Assembly (NCBI GenBank): GCA_016187035.1
Contig: JACPKL010000010.1
Span: forward strand, 94,616 to 158,615
Direction of reading: 5' to 3'
DNA: 64,000 nucleotides
Source: Candidatus Daviesbacteria bacterium
GTDB lineage: Bacteria; Patescibacteriota; Microgenomatia; Daviesbacterales; UBA10151
The notes under the pieces were generated by a model. That model did not search any database. It had not been told where the DNA came from and was given only the letters and a program-made list of their open reading frames with translations. Below, in pieces: positions 1 to 9,128 of this stretch (its first letter is position 1; each line of letters begins with the position of its first letter). The translations under genes and the position numbers were made by a program.

Positions 1-97
1 GATCATTTTCAGGTACCAGCTTGGCAGCAGGAATTTGTTTATGACCACGACTTACAAAAAACTTAATATATTTTTCCCTGATATCTTTTGAACTCAT
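1..97 (-). CDS. alaS: Alanine--tRNA ligase, N-terminal fragment (runs off window start)
   Basis: Manual translation from ATG at 97: MSSKDIREKYIKFFVSRGHKQIPAAKLVPEND, matching the AlaRS N-terminus (IR..F..FF...GH......LVP.NDP). Confidence 0.85.
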   Translation of the reverse strand, partial: MSSKDIREKYIKFFVSRGHKQIPAAKLVPEND

Positions 98-115
98 GAA
101 GGTATTTTACCTCAT

Positions 116-364
116 TTATCTTTTCATTAAAACTCGTTTATGGAATCTTTTAGGTTTTAATTTATACTCTTTCCTTTTTATTTCTGTTAAAGCCTTTGCC
201 TTTTCAGCTATCTCTGTTACCAAAGAAGTTGTAGTATTATTGTTAAATCTATCTAAAGTTTTTTTAAGATCTCTCAAAATAAAAAAGACCTGGACGCCAG
301 TTATTGCCAGAAAAATAGATAAAAGAAAAGTTAAAAAGATTAAAGCTATTTGCAGTAAATCCAT
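116..364 (-). CDS. Small single-TM hypothetical protein
   Basis: N-terminal hydrophobic helix plus basic tail; co-oriented between rodZ-like gene and alaS. Confidence 0.65.
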   Translation of the reverse strand: MDLLQIALIFLTFLLSIFLAITGVQVFFILRDLKKTLDRFNNNTTTSLVTEIAEKAKALTEIKRKEYKLKPKRFHKRVLMKR

Positions 365-382
365 GGCGCTAAGTGTAACATA

Positions 383-1021
383 TCACCTTTTCAGAAAAAT
401 AGTCCTTTGTATTCTAGTTTGCTTACCGCTATTTGAAACAGCAGCAATAACGATGTTATTAACATTATCAGATAATTTAATAGTTTGAGAAAATCTTCCA
501 TTTTGATCAACAGCAATTTCTTGCTCATTAATATTCACCTTTACCTCAGGGTCTGTTCTACCTGAAATAACTATCTCTAAAGAACTTGTGCTAAATTGGT
601 CAGGTGGTTGACTAATTTCTAGACGCGGAGCACCAACCAAAAATCTATATTCAAACCAAAGGTATGTGAAAAAAATCACCACTAATGTTAAAACAACAAA
701 TCCTAAAACCCTAGCAGGAGTTATTCTAATTCTTGTTCTATTAATAGGATGACTGAATGATTCTAGGATCCTTGGAGGATGTTTTTGATCGGAAAATTCT
801 CTTCTAAACACTGCTAGAAGTTTATCTTTGTCAAGCCCTAAGAATTTACCGTAATTTTTAATAAATCCCTGAACAAAGGTTGGCGGGGGAAGTTTTTGAT
901 ATTGACCGGCCTCTAAAGCTTGTAGTAATTCTTTTCTAATTTTAGTTGCCTTTTCTACCTCATCAAGGGTATAGAATTTTTTTTCTCTTTCTTCTGCTAA
1001 AATTTGTCCTACAGTCCTCAT
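383..1021 (-). CDS. rodZ: RodZ-like HTH membrane protein with C-terminal Ig-like domain
   Basis: HTH_25-type N-terminus (LQALEAGQYQKLPPPTFVQGFIKNYGKFLGLD), one TM helix, beta-rich C-terminus. Confidence 0.75.
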   Translation of the reverse strand: MRTVGQILAEEREKKFYTLDEVEKATKIRKELLQALEAGQYQKLPPPTFVQGFIKNYGKFLGLDKDKLLAVFRREFSDQKHPPRILESFSHPINRTRIRITPARVLGFVVLTLVVIFFTYLWFEYRFLVGAPRLEISQPPDQFSTSSLEIVISGRTDPEVKVNINEQEIAVDQNGRFSQTIKLSDNVNNIVIAAVSNSGKQTRIQRTIFLKR

Positions 1022-1076
1022 TAATGGAATAATATACCAGTTGACAGATAAAGTCTAACAAATTAATATACAGTTA

Positions 1077-1574
1077 ATGTCCGATCAACAACCACTTCCA
1101 CCGCCCAGCGGTGACTGCGAAAAAGCAGAAAAATATATTAGCCAACTGATTAATCTAATTAAAATAGATAAGTTAACAGTTACCCATACTGATCTTTCTA
1201 AATTCGACCCCTCCTCCCTGCAAGATCACTATCGTCTGGATTTAAAAGACTATGAGATAGAAATTAGCCATAGCAAAGAACCTGATTCCGGACAAGATTT
1301 CTATGTAATTTTGTTCAACAACTTAAAATACATCAATCAACAATGCAGTGAAAAAGTAATCTTAGCTTATATGCATTTAAATGAGACTCTATTTATAAGC
1401 TTTAAAACAACTGCAGATGAGCAGTTAGAAAAGAACAGGAAGGAAGCTGAGGAAAAAAGATTTAAAGAAGCCATGAATCCAATTGACCAAGCACTTGAAC
1501 AGTTAACAAAATCGTCCTCAGGAGCTGATTTTTTAGAAAACACCGCTTTCCCTTCTCCCTTTGCTGCAACCTAA
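1077..1574 (+). CDS. Hypothetical protein
   Basis: 165-aa ORF preceded by a sigma70-like promoter (TTGACA at 1041). Confidence 0.7.
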   Translation: MSDQQPLPPPSGDCEKAEKYISQLINLIKIDKLTVTHTDLSKFDPSSLQDHYRLDLKDYEIEISHSKEPDSGQDFYVILFNNLKYINQQCSEKVILAYMHLNETLFISFKTTADEQLEKNRKEAEEKRFKEAMNPIDQALEQLTKSSSGADFLENTAFPSPFAAT

Positions 1575-1587
1575 GTAAATGGAGTTA

Positions 1588-2148
1588 CTAAATTTTAAAT
1601 ATTCCTCGACGTAATATTTTTACTAAATTATTGTCAAAAGCAACTATTGTAGAAGGCTTTGACTCTCTATACCCTCCATCTAGATAGAAAGAAACTTTAT
1701 CTCCAAAATACTTCCTAGCTTGATTAATATTTGTTGCATGCTTTTTTCCTTCTAGATTTGCGCTTGGCGCAACTACAGGACCAGCCTCTCTTAAAATATT
1801 TAAAAGCTTCGTATCTTTGGGCATTCTAAAAGCTAAAGTATTTGTCCCTCTATGAAGATAGGAAAATCTCTGAACTTTACATGATAAAACTACACTCAAG
1901 GGATTTGGCCAATTCTTCTTCAGGAAATCCCTTTGGATATCAGTTAATTTAATATCAAATTTTTTTAAATCATCTATAGAAGAAATCAAAATAATCATTG
2001 GTTTATCTTTAACTCTTTTCCTTAACTTATAAATCTCTTCCACAGTATGAGGGTTAAAAGCTGATCCAATTAATCCGTAAATGGTGTCTGTGGGAATTAC
2101 CCCTATCTTGCCTTCTTTTAAGAATCTAACAATTTGTGAGAATTCCAT
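1588..2148 (-). CDS. tsaC: Threonylcarbamoyl-AMP synthase (Sua5/YrdC/TsaC)
   Basis: PTDTIYGL, K.R...KP, APSAN, PSTIV motifs. Confidence 0.92.
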   Translation of the reverse strand: MEFSQIVRFLKEGKIGVIPTDTIYGLIGSAFNPHTVEEIYKLRKRVKDKPMIILISSIDDLKKFDIKLTDIQRDFLKKNWPNPLSVVLSCKVQRFSYLHRGTNTLAFRMPKDTKLLNILREAGPVVAPSANLEGKKHATNINQARKYFGDKVSFYLDGGYRESKPSTIVAFDNNLVKILRRGIFKI

Positions 2149-2156
2149 TCTGATAC

Positions 2157-4253
2157 TTAAGCTGAGGAGCCTTGTTGGACGGCAAGATATTCTTCAGCAT
2201 TTTTAACTAACACATCTCTGGGTTTCGAACCTTCCCCTGTCCCTACAATTCCTGCGGTCTCCAACTCATCTAAAATCCTAGCAGCCCTAGCATAACCAAT
2301 TTTTAATCTTCTTTGTAGCAAAGAGGCTGAAGCCCGGTCGTATTGACACACTGTTCTGACTGCTTCCTCAAACAACTCATCTCTATCTTCACCATTACCT
2401 CCTTTGCTTCCTGCTTTACCCAAAGGCATCTCAGTTACTTCAGCAGTATATTGAGGAGCAATACCGGTAGCTTTCAGGTATTTAATTAAACTGTTTATTT
2501 CTGAATCTTGAACAAAAACTCCTTGAATTCTCATTGGTTTTGAAGCATCTGGAGGTAAAAATAACATATCCCCTCGGCCCAATAATTTTTCTGCTCCTGG
2601 TCCGTCTAAAATGACCCGAGAATCAACCATCGAGGATACATTAAAAGCAATCCTACAAGGAATATTAGCTTTAATCAAACCTGTGATTACATCAACAGAT
2701 GGTCTTTGAGTGGCTACTACCAAATGAATCCCTGTAGCGCGTGCCAGTTGAGCAATTCTGGTAATAGCATCTTCAATTTCTACTGGAGCAAACATCATTA
2801 AATCAGCCAGCTCATCAACAATAATGATAATATAGGGCAAAGCTTGGAATCCTGACATATCATTAAACCCAGCAATATTTCTTACTCCTGCTGATTGAAA
2901 TAATTTATACCTTCGGTCCATTTCTGCCATAGCCCATTTAAGAGAAGATAAGATTTTTTCTGGATCTGTAATAACAGGAGTGAGCAAATGAGGAATACCA
3001 TTATAATTTGTCAATTCCACTCTTTTGGGATCGATCAAAATCAGTTTTAATTCATCTGGTGAATTTCTAAATAGTAAAGAGGTGATCACCGCATTTAACA
3101 TGATTGATTTACCTGAACCTGTGGTACCAGCGATTAAACAGTGAGGCATTCGGTCAATATCTACTATCATGGCCTTAGATGAAGTATCCCTTCCTAAAGC
3201 AACTGCTAATTTTGACTTATGCCTTCGCATCTCATCAGAGGCTAATAATTGTTTTAATCCAACGACCTCCAACGACCTGTTTGGCACCTCTATTCCTACT
3301 AAAGATTTACCGGGAATAGGAGCTTCTATCCTGACCGTACCAGTGGGTGTAGCTAAAGCTAAAGCCAAATCATGTTGTAGATTAGCTATTTTGGAGATTT
3401 TGGTACCTGCTGATATTTCTAAAGCATATTGAGTAACAGCCGGACCACCATTTACCTCTGCTACTCTGGCTTGTATACCAAAAGAGTCTAAAGTCCTTTC
3501 TATAATAGCTGCACTTTTTTTAACATCACCTCTGTCAGCTGGAGAACCAACTTTATCAGATAATAAAGATAGCACCGGGTATTTCCATACTTTTGATTGT
3601 CCAGCCATATTCTGCACTAAAGCATCTGCAATAATAGGCTCTTTGGTAAAAACTGGCGTATTCCTTACTTGAGGCTTCTCATCTACCCCGTAAACCTTAA
3701 TTGGAATATGTTTGGCCTCAAATGTTCTTTGTCTTACGAACAAGGATTTAAAAAGATTCTTTGCTGCTCCAAATACAAAACCAAATATTTTTAAGATTTG
3801 ATTCAAAGAAGTATTAAAAAGAACTACCAAACCCACTAAAAACAACAATATTAATAAGGCTGCTCCTCCAAAAGGAGTAACAAAAGAGGCTAATTCTCTC
3901 CAAAACAATTGTCCAATTAGACCTCCTTTTTCATATTTTAGTGCAGCTATCAAAGAAGAGAGTGCGATAACTATTAATAAAAAGCCCAGTAATACATTAG
4001 TTTGAGCAAATCTCCATTTCGCTTTTGTTAAAACAAGTCCTGATAACAAAAAAATAATAGGCGCAACTATACTCATCAAACCAAGTGTATTCATTAAAAA
4101 ATCTTTCCAAAAAGTTAACGTTTCAGACTGTGTTGTTAAAGCAACTATTGATACAACAGCTAAAATAAAAGCGATTAATGTTCCCACTGCAGTGATTGTT
4201 TTTTGTCTTAACTTTAGTTTGGGTAATTTATAAACAGAGCGTCTTCTAGACAT
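2157..4253 (-). CDS. ftsK: DNA translocase FtsK/SpoIIIE
   Basis: N-terminal TMs, Walker A GTTGSGKS, IDPKRVEL, ATQRPSVDVITG, gamma domain LQRRLKIGYARAAR. Confidence 0.97.
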   Translation of the reverse strand: MSRRRSVYKLPKLKLRQKTITAVGTLIAFILAVVSIVALTTQSETLTFWKDFLMNTLGLMSIVAPIIFLLSGLVLTKAKWRFAQTNVLLGFLLIVIALSSLIAALKYEKGGLIGQLFWRELASFVTPFGGAALLILLFLVGLVVLFNTSLNQILKIFGFVFGAAKNLFKSLFVRQRTFEAKHIPIKVYGVDEKPQVRNTPVFTKEPIIADALVQNMAGQSKVWKYPVLSLLSDKVGSPADRGDVKKSAAIIERTLDSFGIQARVAEVNGGPAVTQYALEISAGTKISKIANLQHDLALALATPTGTVRIEAPIPGKSLVGIEVPNRSLEVVGLKQLLASDEMRRHKSKLAVALGRDTSSKAMIVDIDRMPHCLIAGTTGSGKSIMLNAVITSLLFRNSPDELKLILIDPKRVELTNYNGIPHLLTPVITDPEKILSSLKWAMAEMDRRYKLFQSAGVRNIAGFNDMSGFQALPYIIIIVDELADLMMFAPVEIEDAITRIAQLARATGIHLVVATQRPSVDVITGLIKANIPCRIAFNVSSMVDSRVILDGPGAEKLLGRGDMLFLPPDASKPMRIQGVFVQDSEINSLIKYLKATGIAPQYTAEVTEMPLGKAGSKGGNGEDRDELFEEAVRTVCQYDRASASLLQRRLKIGYARAARILDELETAGIVGTGEGSKPRDVLVKNAEEYLAVQQGSSA

Positions 4254-4292
4254 AATTCATTATATATTATACCATACTTACTATAGGTTCTA

Positions 4293-5984
4293 TCACACTT
4301 CTACTATTATAGATAAAATCAATGGCCTTCTTAGAGTAGCTTGATAAAAAAACCTTTCCAAGGTATCCTCAACTAATTTCCGCGTAAATCTCCAGTCTGA
4401 AATTTTATGATGATGCTTATCTAAGTTATTTTTTAATAAAGTTTTAGCCTCATCTAACAATCCGCCAGATTGTTCCTCAAACACAAAACCCCTTGAGATT
4501 ACATCTATTTCTCCCTCTGATTTACCGCTATGTTGATCAATCGGCACAACCACCACCACTATTCCTTCCTCACTCATAACTTTTCTATCTCTTAACACCA
4601 CATGTCCTACATCACCAATCCCTAAACCATCCACAAAAACATTTTGCACCTCAATTCGATTTGATACTTTCATATTATCTGGTTTCACTTCTAAGATATC
4701 TCCGTCTAGAACTTGTAAGATTTTGTCTGTTTCATAACCCATGTTTGTAAAAACTTGAGAAAACTTTTTCATATGTCTGTAGGTCCCTCCAATTGGCATC
4801 ATAAATTTTGGTTTAATTAAATTTACCATAAGTCTTAATTCTTCCAAAGCTGCATGTCCTGAAACATGCAAAGAATCTGTAATAGCTGAATAATAAACAT
4901 TCGCTCCGAGTGTAGTTAAAGAATCAATTAAAGCATTTTGAGCAGATTCAGTAGAAGGAATTGGATCTGCTGAAAAAAGTACACTATCCCCCACTTTTAA
5001 TTTGATCAGTTTATGCTCTTCATTGGCAACTCTTGATAAAGAAGAATCTGGCTGACCTTGAGCTCCAGCAATTAAGACTAATAATCTATTAGGAGCAAAA
5101 GAATTAATAGCATCTGAAGCTATCATAACTGAAGGAGGAACATGTAGATAACCTAAATCTCTTGATACTTGAAAATTATTTTCAAAAGATCGCCCTACTA
5201 CAGCAACTTTTCTACCTAATCTTTGGGAAACATTAATTGCTTGCTGCATTCTGGAAACATTTGAGGATGTCATAGTTATCAGTAACTTCCCTTTAGTTTC
5301 CCGCGCAACCTGTTCAAAAGACTCCTCAATTGATTTTTCTGACTTATTAAAACCAGGTTTGTCTATTCTTAAGCAATCTATTAGTAGCAGTAAAACGCCT
5401 TCTGCTCCCAGACGGGAAACTGTTGATACATCAGTTACTTGTCCTGAAACTGGTGTCCAATCTATTTTAAAATCTGCTTGATGAATAATCAAACCAACTG
5501 GAGTTCTTAAAACTACTCCTGTTGAATCAGGCACAGAGTGAGAAACTTGATAAAAAGAAACTTTAAAACATCCTAAATTTAACTCCTCGTTAATTTTTAC
5601 TTCAAATATTTTATTTTTAGGTAAATTGTGTTCAGAAAATTTTGCTTTAATAAATCCAGCAGTAAGTTTTTGAGTATAAATAGGTACTTGAAGCTCTGGC
5701 CAAATATATGGTAATCCTCCTATATGATCTTCATGACCGTGAGTAATGATTATTCCTCTGATTTTATTTATTCTTTCCCGAAGATATGATATATCAGGAA
5801 TAACCAAATCCACACCTGGCATAGCTTCATCAGGGAAACCAACCCCACAATCTATAATGACAATATCATTATCATATTCATAAATATACATATTTTTGGT
5901 AACATCACCTACTCCACCTAAAGGAATTAATTTTAAACTCTGCCCTTTATCTAACATAAATTGCTTTGGGTGAAATATCTTCAT
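4293..5984 (-). CDS. rnj: Ribonuclease J
   Basis: PLGGVG, THGHEDHIG metallo-beta-lactamase motif, HVSGHA. Confidence 0.95.
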   Translation of the reverse strand: MKIFHPKQFMLDKGQSLKLIPLGGVGDVTKNMYIYEYDNDIVIIDCGVGFPDEAMPGVDLVIPDISYLRERINKIRGIIITHGHEDHIGGLPYIWPELQVPIYTQKLTAGFIKAKFSEHNLPKNKIFEVKINEELNLGCFKVSFYQVSHSVPDSTGVVLRTPVGLIIHQADFKIDWTPVSGQVTDVSTVSRLGAEGVLLLLIDCLRIDKPGFNKSEKSIEESFEQVARETKGKLLITMTSSNVSRMQQAINVSQRLGRKVAVVGRSFENNFQVSRDLGYLHVPPSVMIASDAINSFAPNRLLVLIAGAQGQPDSSLSRVANEEHKLIKLKVGDSVLFSADPIPSTESAQNALIDSLTTLGANVYYSAITDSLHVSGHAALEELRLMVNLIKPKFMMPIGGTYRHMKKFSQVFTNMGYETDKILQVLDGDILEVKPDNMKVSNRIEVQNVFVDGLGIGDVGHVVLRDRKVMSEEGIVVVVVPIDQHSGKSEGEIDVISRGFVFEEQSGGLLDEAKTLLKNNLDKHHHKISDWRFTRKLVEDTLERFFYQATLRRPLILSIIVEV

Positions 5985-5996
5985 AAGAGCGTTGAG

Positions 5997-7022
5997 TTAT
6001 CCTGTCAAGTAGTCTCCTAAATTATCTGAATTAATCTTAAACGGCCCACTTTGTCCTTCTACCATTTTTCTTGCAACCTTTCGGCAAATTGTTTGCAGTG
6101 TTCTTGCTAAAGATCTTATACCAGCGTCAAAACCTAAAGGACGAATAATCTGTGGCCAAATAGAATCATCAATCTGTAAAATATTATTATCTATTCCTGC
6201 TTCTTCTAATGCTTTTGGCAAAAGATAGTTTTTACCTATTATTTGCTTTTCTTCATCAGTAAAGCTGGGCATTTGAATTGGTTCTATCCTATCTAAAACT
6301 GCTGTTGCTATATTTGATGTATTATTGGCTGTAGCTATAAAAAGAACTTGTGATAAATCATAAGGAAAATCCAAATAATGATCTACAAAAGCTTGGTTTT
6401 GGCTGGGGTCCAAAAGCTCTACTAAAATCCCCATAATATCAACTCTATGCTCTTGAGCTACTCTATCTATTTCGTCAAGTAAAATAACCGGGTTTGAAAC
6501 TTTGGCTAGTCTAACAGCTTTGATAATTTGACCTGGTTCTGCTTCAGCTCTCTGGCGTGATTGGCCACGAAGCAAATTCGGATCACCCAAACCTCCAAAC
6601 GGAATCCTGACAATCGGCCTGCCTAGACTTTCTGCTATTGAATAAGCAAGAGAAGTTTTACCTGTTCCTACCAAACCAATAAAAGCTAAAATTGGGGCAT
6701 GTCCTTCGACTCGCTGACGCTGCGGATTTCTTCTGTTTAAAATCATGACTGCTAGGTATTCTAAAATCCTATCCTTTACCACTTGTAGGCCATAATGATT
6801 TTTATCCAGGATTTGTTTTGTGCGGTTAATGTCTAATATATCAGTAGAATTTTTATTAAAAGGCAGGGAAATTACAAAATTAATATAAGCTACTAAACTT
6901 GATAGTTCATGTATCCCAGAAAATTTCAAAGCAGTTAAGAGTTTCTCTGATACCTCAGGAGGTAAATTAGCTTGGGTAATTTTTATTTTTAGTTCTTCAA
7001 GACTTAATCGGGCAGAATCCAT
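5997..7022 (-). CDS. Lon-family AAA+ ATPase domain protein (no N-domain, no protease domain)
   Basis: HYGL..VKDRILEYLAV, GLVGTGKTS, ILLDEID, LLDP.QN..F.DHY, VLFIATAN; ends before the Ser-Lys protease domain. Confidence 0.85.
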   Translation of the reverse strand: MDSARLSLEELKIKITQANLPPEVSEKLLTALKFSGIHELSSLVAYINFVISLPFNKNSTDILDINRTKQILDKNHYGLQVVKDRILEYLAVMILNRRNPQRQRVEGHAPILAFIGLVGTGKTSLAYSIAESLGRPIVRIPFGGLGDPNLLRGQSRQRAEAEPGQIIKAVRLAKVSNPVILLDEIDRVAQEHRVDIMGILVELLDPSQNQAFVDHYLDFPYDLSQVLFIATANNTSNIATAVLDRIEPIQMPSFTDEEKQIIGKNYLLPKALEEAGIDNNILQIDDSIWPQIIRPLGFDAGIRSLARTLQTICRKVARKMVEGQSGPFKINSDNLGDYLTG

Positions 7023-7042
7023 GCTTCATATTTTACCTCAAA

Positions 7043-7101
7043 TGTTATTCCTATGAAAGTCCTTCGATCCCGAGGTCCTCAGGACCGAGGGGCAGTAATC
7101 C
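7043..7101 (+). repeat. Degenerate GTCAT-family palindrome (TGTTATTCC...GTAATCC) containing a nested GC-rich hairpin
   Basis: TGTTATTCCTATGAAAG-[TCCTTCGATCCCGAGGTCCTCAGGACCGAGGG]-GCAGTAATCC; ends resemble TGTCATTCCCGCGAAAGCGGGAATC at 25145-25170. Confidence 0.5.
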
Positions 7102-7147
7102 ATAAAATAATATTGTCATTCTGATTTGCATCACCTTAAGTATACTA

Positions 7148-7991
7148 CTATCCTTGTACTTCTGACAAATAATTTTTTCCAGTCACAATTGATCTTTTTA
7201 AACGTTTTTCTAACAGTTTCCTGGTTTGTCCGGCTACACTACCGCCTGTTTTTGCATCTTTTTTAAGTTTCGGCATTCCTTTTGAATCCTCGGTCCGATG
7301 AATCTCTGTGGTGGTTCTTTCTCCAAGCATAGTCAGAATTAACTCAAAATCATCCATATGATCACGTAAATTCTCCCGTTTCAATAGTTAAAATTTCATA
7401 ATCTCTTTGAATTTGAGCGCCACGATTTTGCCATTCATTTGTTAACTCCTCGCGAATGGCAATACCCCTCATCCTTTTTTCAATCCAGGAATCTGGATAA
7501 CCTTTGGCTTTATATAAAGCCCTTGTTCTTTTGGTTGCCAACTCCGGGTCTTCTATTTCCTGCACTCTTTCATATCCCACCCTTGCTAACCACCTTTTAA
7601 AAGGTTCTGCCTTAGGTGAGGGAATTGATTGGATAATTCTAAAAATACCTTCTGTGTTAGCGCAATCTGTTTCTCTTAACTTTCCATCAAGAGCTTTCAG
7701 TTTCAACCTTCGACAAATTGTCGATAGTTCAACTCCGTCCTCACTTTTAACCCTGATCTTCATTTTGAACCAGTAGTCATTTGGATTAACGCTATCAGTT
7801 AAAACTGCAATTACATCTACTACAGAAAACCACCATTCATTTTTAAATATAGTATTTCTGATATTTTTGCCTTTGAAAATTGCTATTCTGGTTTCAGATG
7901 TTATATTAACCACATTCTCACTATATTCCAAATAATACCCGAATGTCAATAAGAAGTTTTGATACCTATATGCTATACTGCAATTATGCAA
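7148..7991 (-). pseudogene. Bro-N domain (phage antirepressor-like) gene split by internal deletion/frameshift
   Basis: ORF 7362-7991 (WWFSVVDVI, IIQSIPSPKAEPFKRWLA) and ORF 7148-7384 (LKRENLRDHM..FELILTMLGE) are the N- and C-parts of one family; they join out of frame after EILT. Confidence 0.8.
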
Positions 7992-8421
7992 AGAGGATTT
8001 GCCCCAGTTATAATAGTTATCTTGGTGGCCTTAGGAATAGGTAGTTACTACTGTGACTTTTGTACGAGGTGGACAGTTTTATTTAGAAGTAGAAACAGCT
8101 GATGGTCAGAGGAGTAATAGACTCCCTTTTACTGTAGTTGCTGGTCAGCCTTACATTGAGAGTATCTCACCATCTGTTTTTAAGAAGGGATCTACAATCA
8201 CAATTACAGGGACTGAATTTGGTTCTTCAACAGGAAAGGTTAACTTTAACAGTAATAGTGGTTATGGGAATTTATTAGGTTATGGAATTATTGGCTCCTG
8301 GACAGATACCCAGATAATTTTTACAGTACCTTCCAGTTTAGAATCAAAAGAATATGCTTTGGAAATTATAACTTCAGATGGAAGAAAAAGTTCCTATAAA
8401 TACTTTAATGTTACTGATTAA
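7986..8421 (+). pseudogene. Pilin-like leader (MQRGFAPVIIV..) out of frame with an IPT/TIG-domain 3' part
   Basis: ATG at 7986 gives MQRGFAP plus a hydrophobic helix and stops at 8102; the IPT/TIG ORF 8053-8421 (P.I.SISP....G..ITITG..FG) is in the +1 frame. Confidence 0.65.
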
Positions 8422-8436
8422 CTAACTTTTTAAAAT

Positions 8437-9114
8437 ATGATTCAAAAAGGTTTTGCACCGATAGCTATACTACTTGTTTTAAGTTTAATAATTACTGGTA
8501 TAGTTTTGATCAGCAAAGGTAAAACTTCAAACGAGCAAATAAGTGATATTAAGCAAGAAAACATCTCAAGCACTGTTATCCCAACACTTACTCCAACAAA
8601 CCCATCTATCCAACCCTCTTTTAAACCTCAACCTACACAGAAACCAAGTCCAACTTTTCTTTACACTCCTGCTCCAACCCCTGCTCAAACTCCTATACCT
8701 ACACCCAAACAACCAATGTTGACAACTAAAGTTTATCTTGGCAGGTCACATAGCAATATACCTGAAAGTGCTTCAGGAAATGGGGAAATTAAATTAATGA
8801 GCCTTGATCCTTATATGTCAGAAGGCGCAAAGATTGCTTCTTTACAATATGATTTTAACTTAAGAGGATTGGAAGCAGAAAGAAAATATTCAATATCCAT
8901 CTGTACTATTCAAGAAGGGGGAGATTGTGTTGGGCTTGCTACTACTAAAACTGACAAATCAGGTAATGCAAGTTATAGTGGCAACTCAGGTATAACTATC
9001 ACCAAAGACAGACCTTTTAAGGCAATTAAGGTGACTCATCATAATGGAGGATTTTGTAGTAATTCTGGATCACCCTGCCTAAGAGGAGAACTTTCTTTAG
9101 AGGTTAATTTTTAA
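8437..9114 (+). CDS. Pilin-like-leader surface protein with Pro/Thr linker
   Basis: MIQKGFAP plus TM, PT-rich linker, Cys-containing beta-rich C-domain. Confidence 0.75.
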   Translation: MIQKGFAPIAILLVLSLIITGIVLISKGKTSNEQISDIKQENISSTVIPTLTPTNPSIQPSFKPQPTQKPSPTFLYTPAPTPAQTPIPTPKQPMLTTKVYLGRSHSNIPESASGNGEIKLMSLDPYMSEGAKIASLQYDFNLRGLEAERKYSISICTIQEGGDCVGLATTKTDKSGNASYSGNSGITITKDRPFKAIKVTHHNGGFCSNSGSPCLRGELSLEVNF

Positions 9115-9128
9115 ATAAGAAAAGGGTA

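Noticed and set aside
96-488. 130-aa plus-strand ORF and the many other short antisense ORFs in the track (e.g. 3169, 9104, 15625, 25597, 28003, 62114)
   Set aside because: They overlap well-supported genes on the opposite strand or in another frame and have no recognisable motifs; shadow ORFs.
7362-7400. Programmed frameshift in the Bro-N gene
   Set aside because: No convincing slippery heptamer, and a stretch of the expected protein appears to be missing, which points to deletion.
8570-8720. Pro/Thr-rich repetitive DNA
   Set aside because: Ordinary low-complexity linker with codon-level variation and no fixed DNA unit.
7148-9114. Prophage remnant
   Set aside because: Only a Bro-N pseudogene; no integrase, structural or replication genes.
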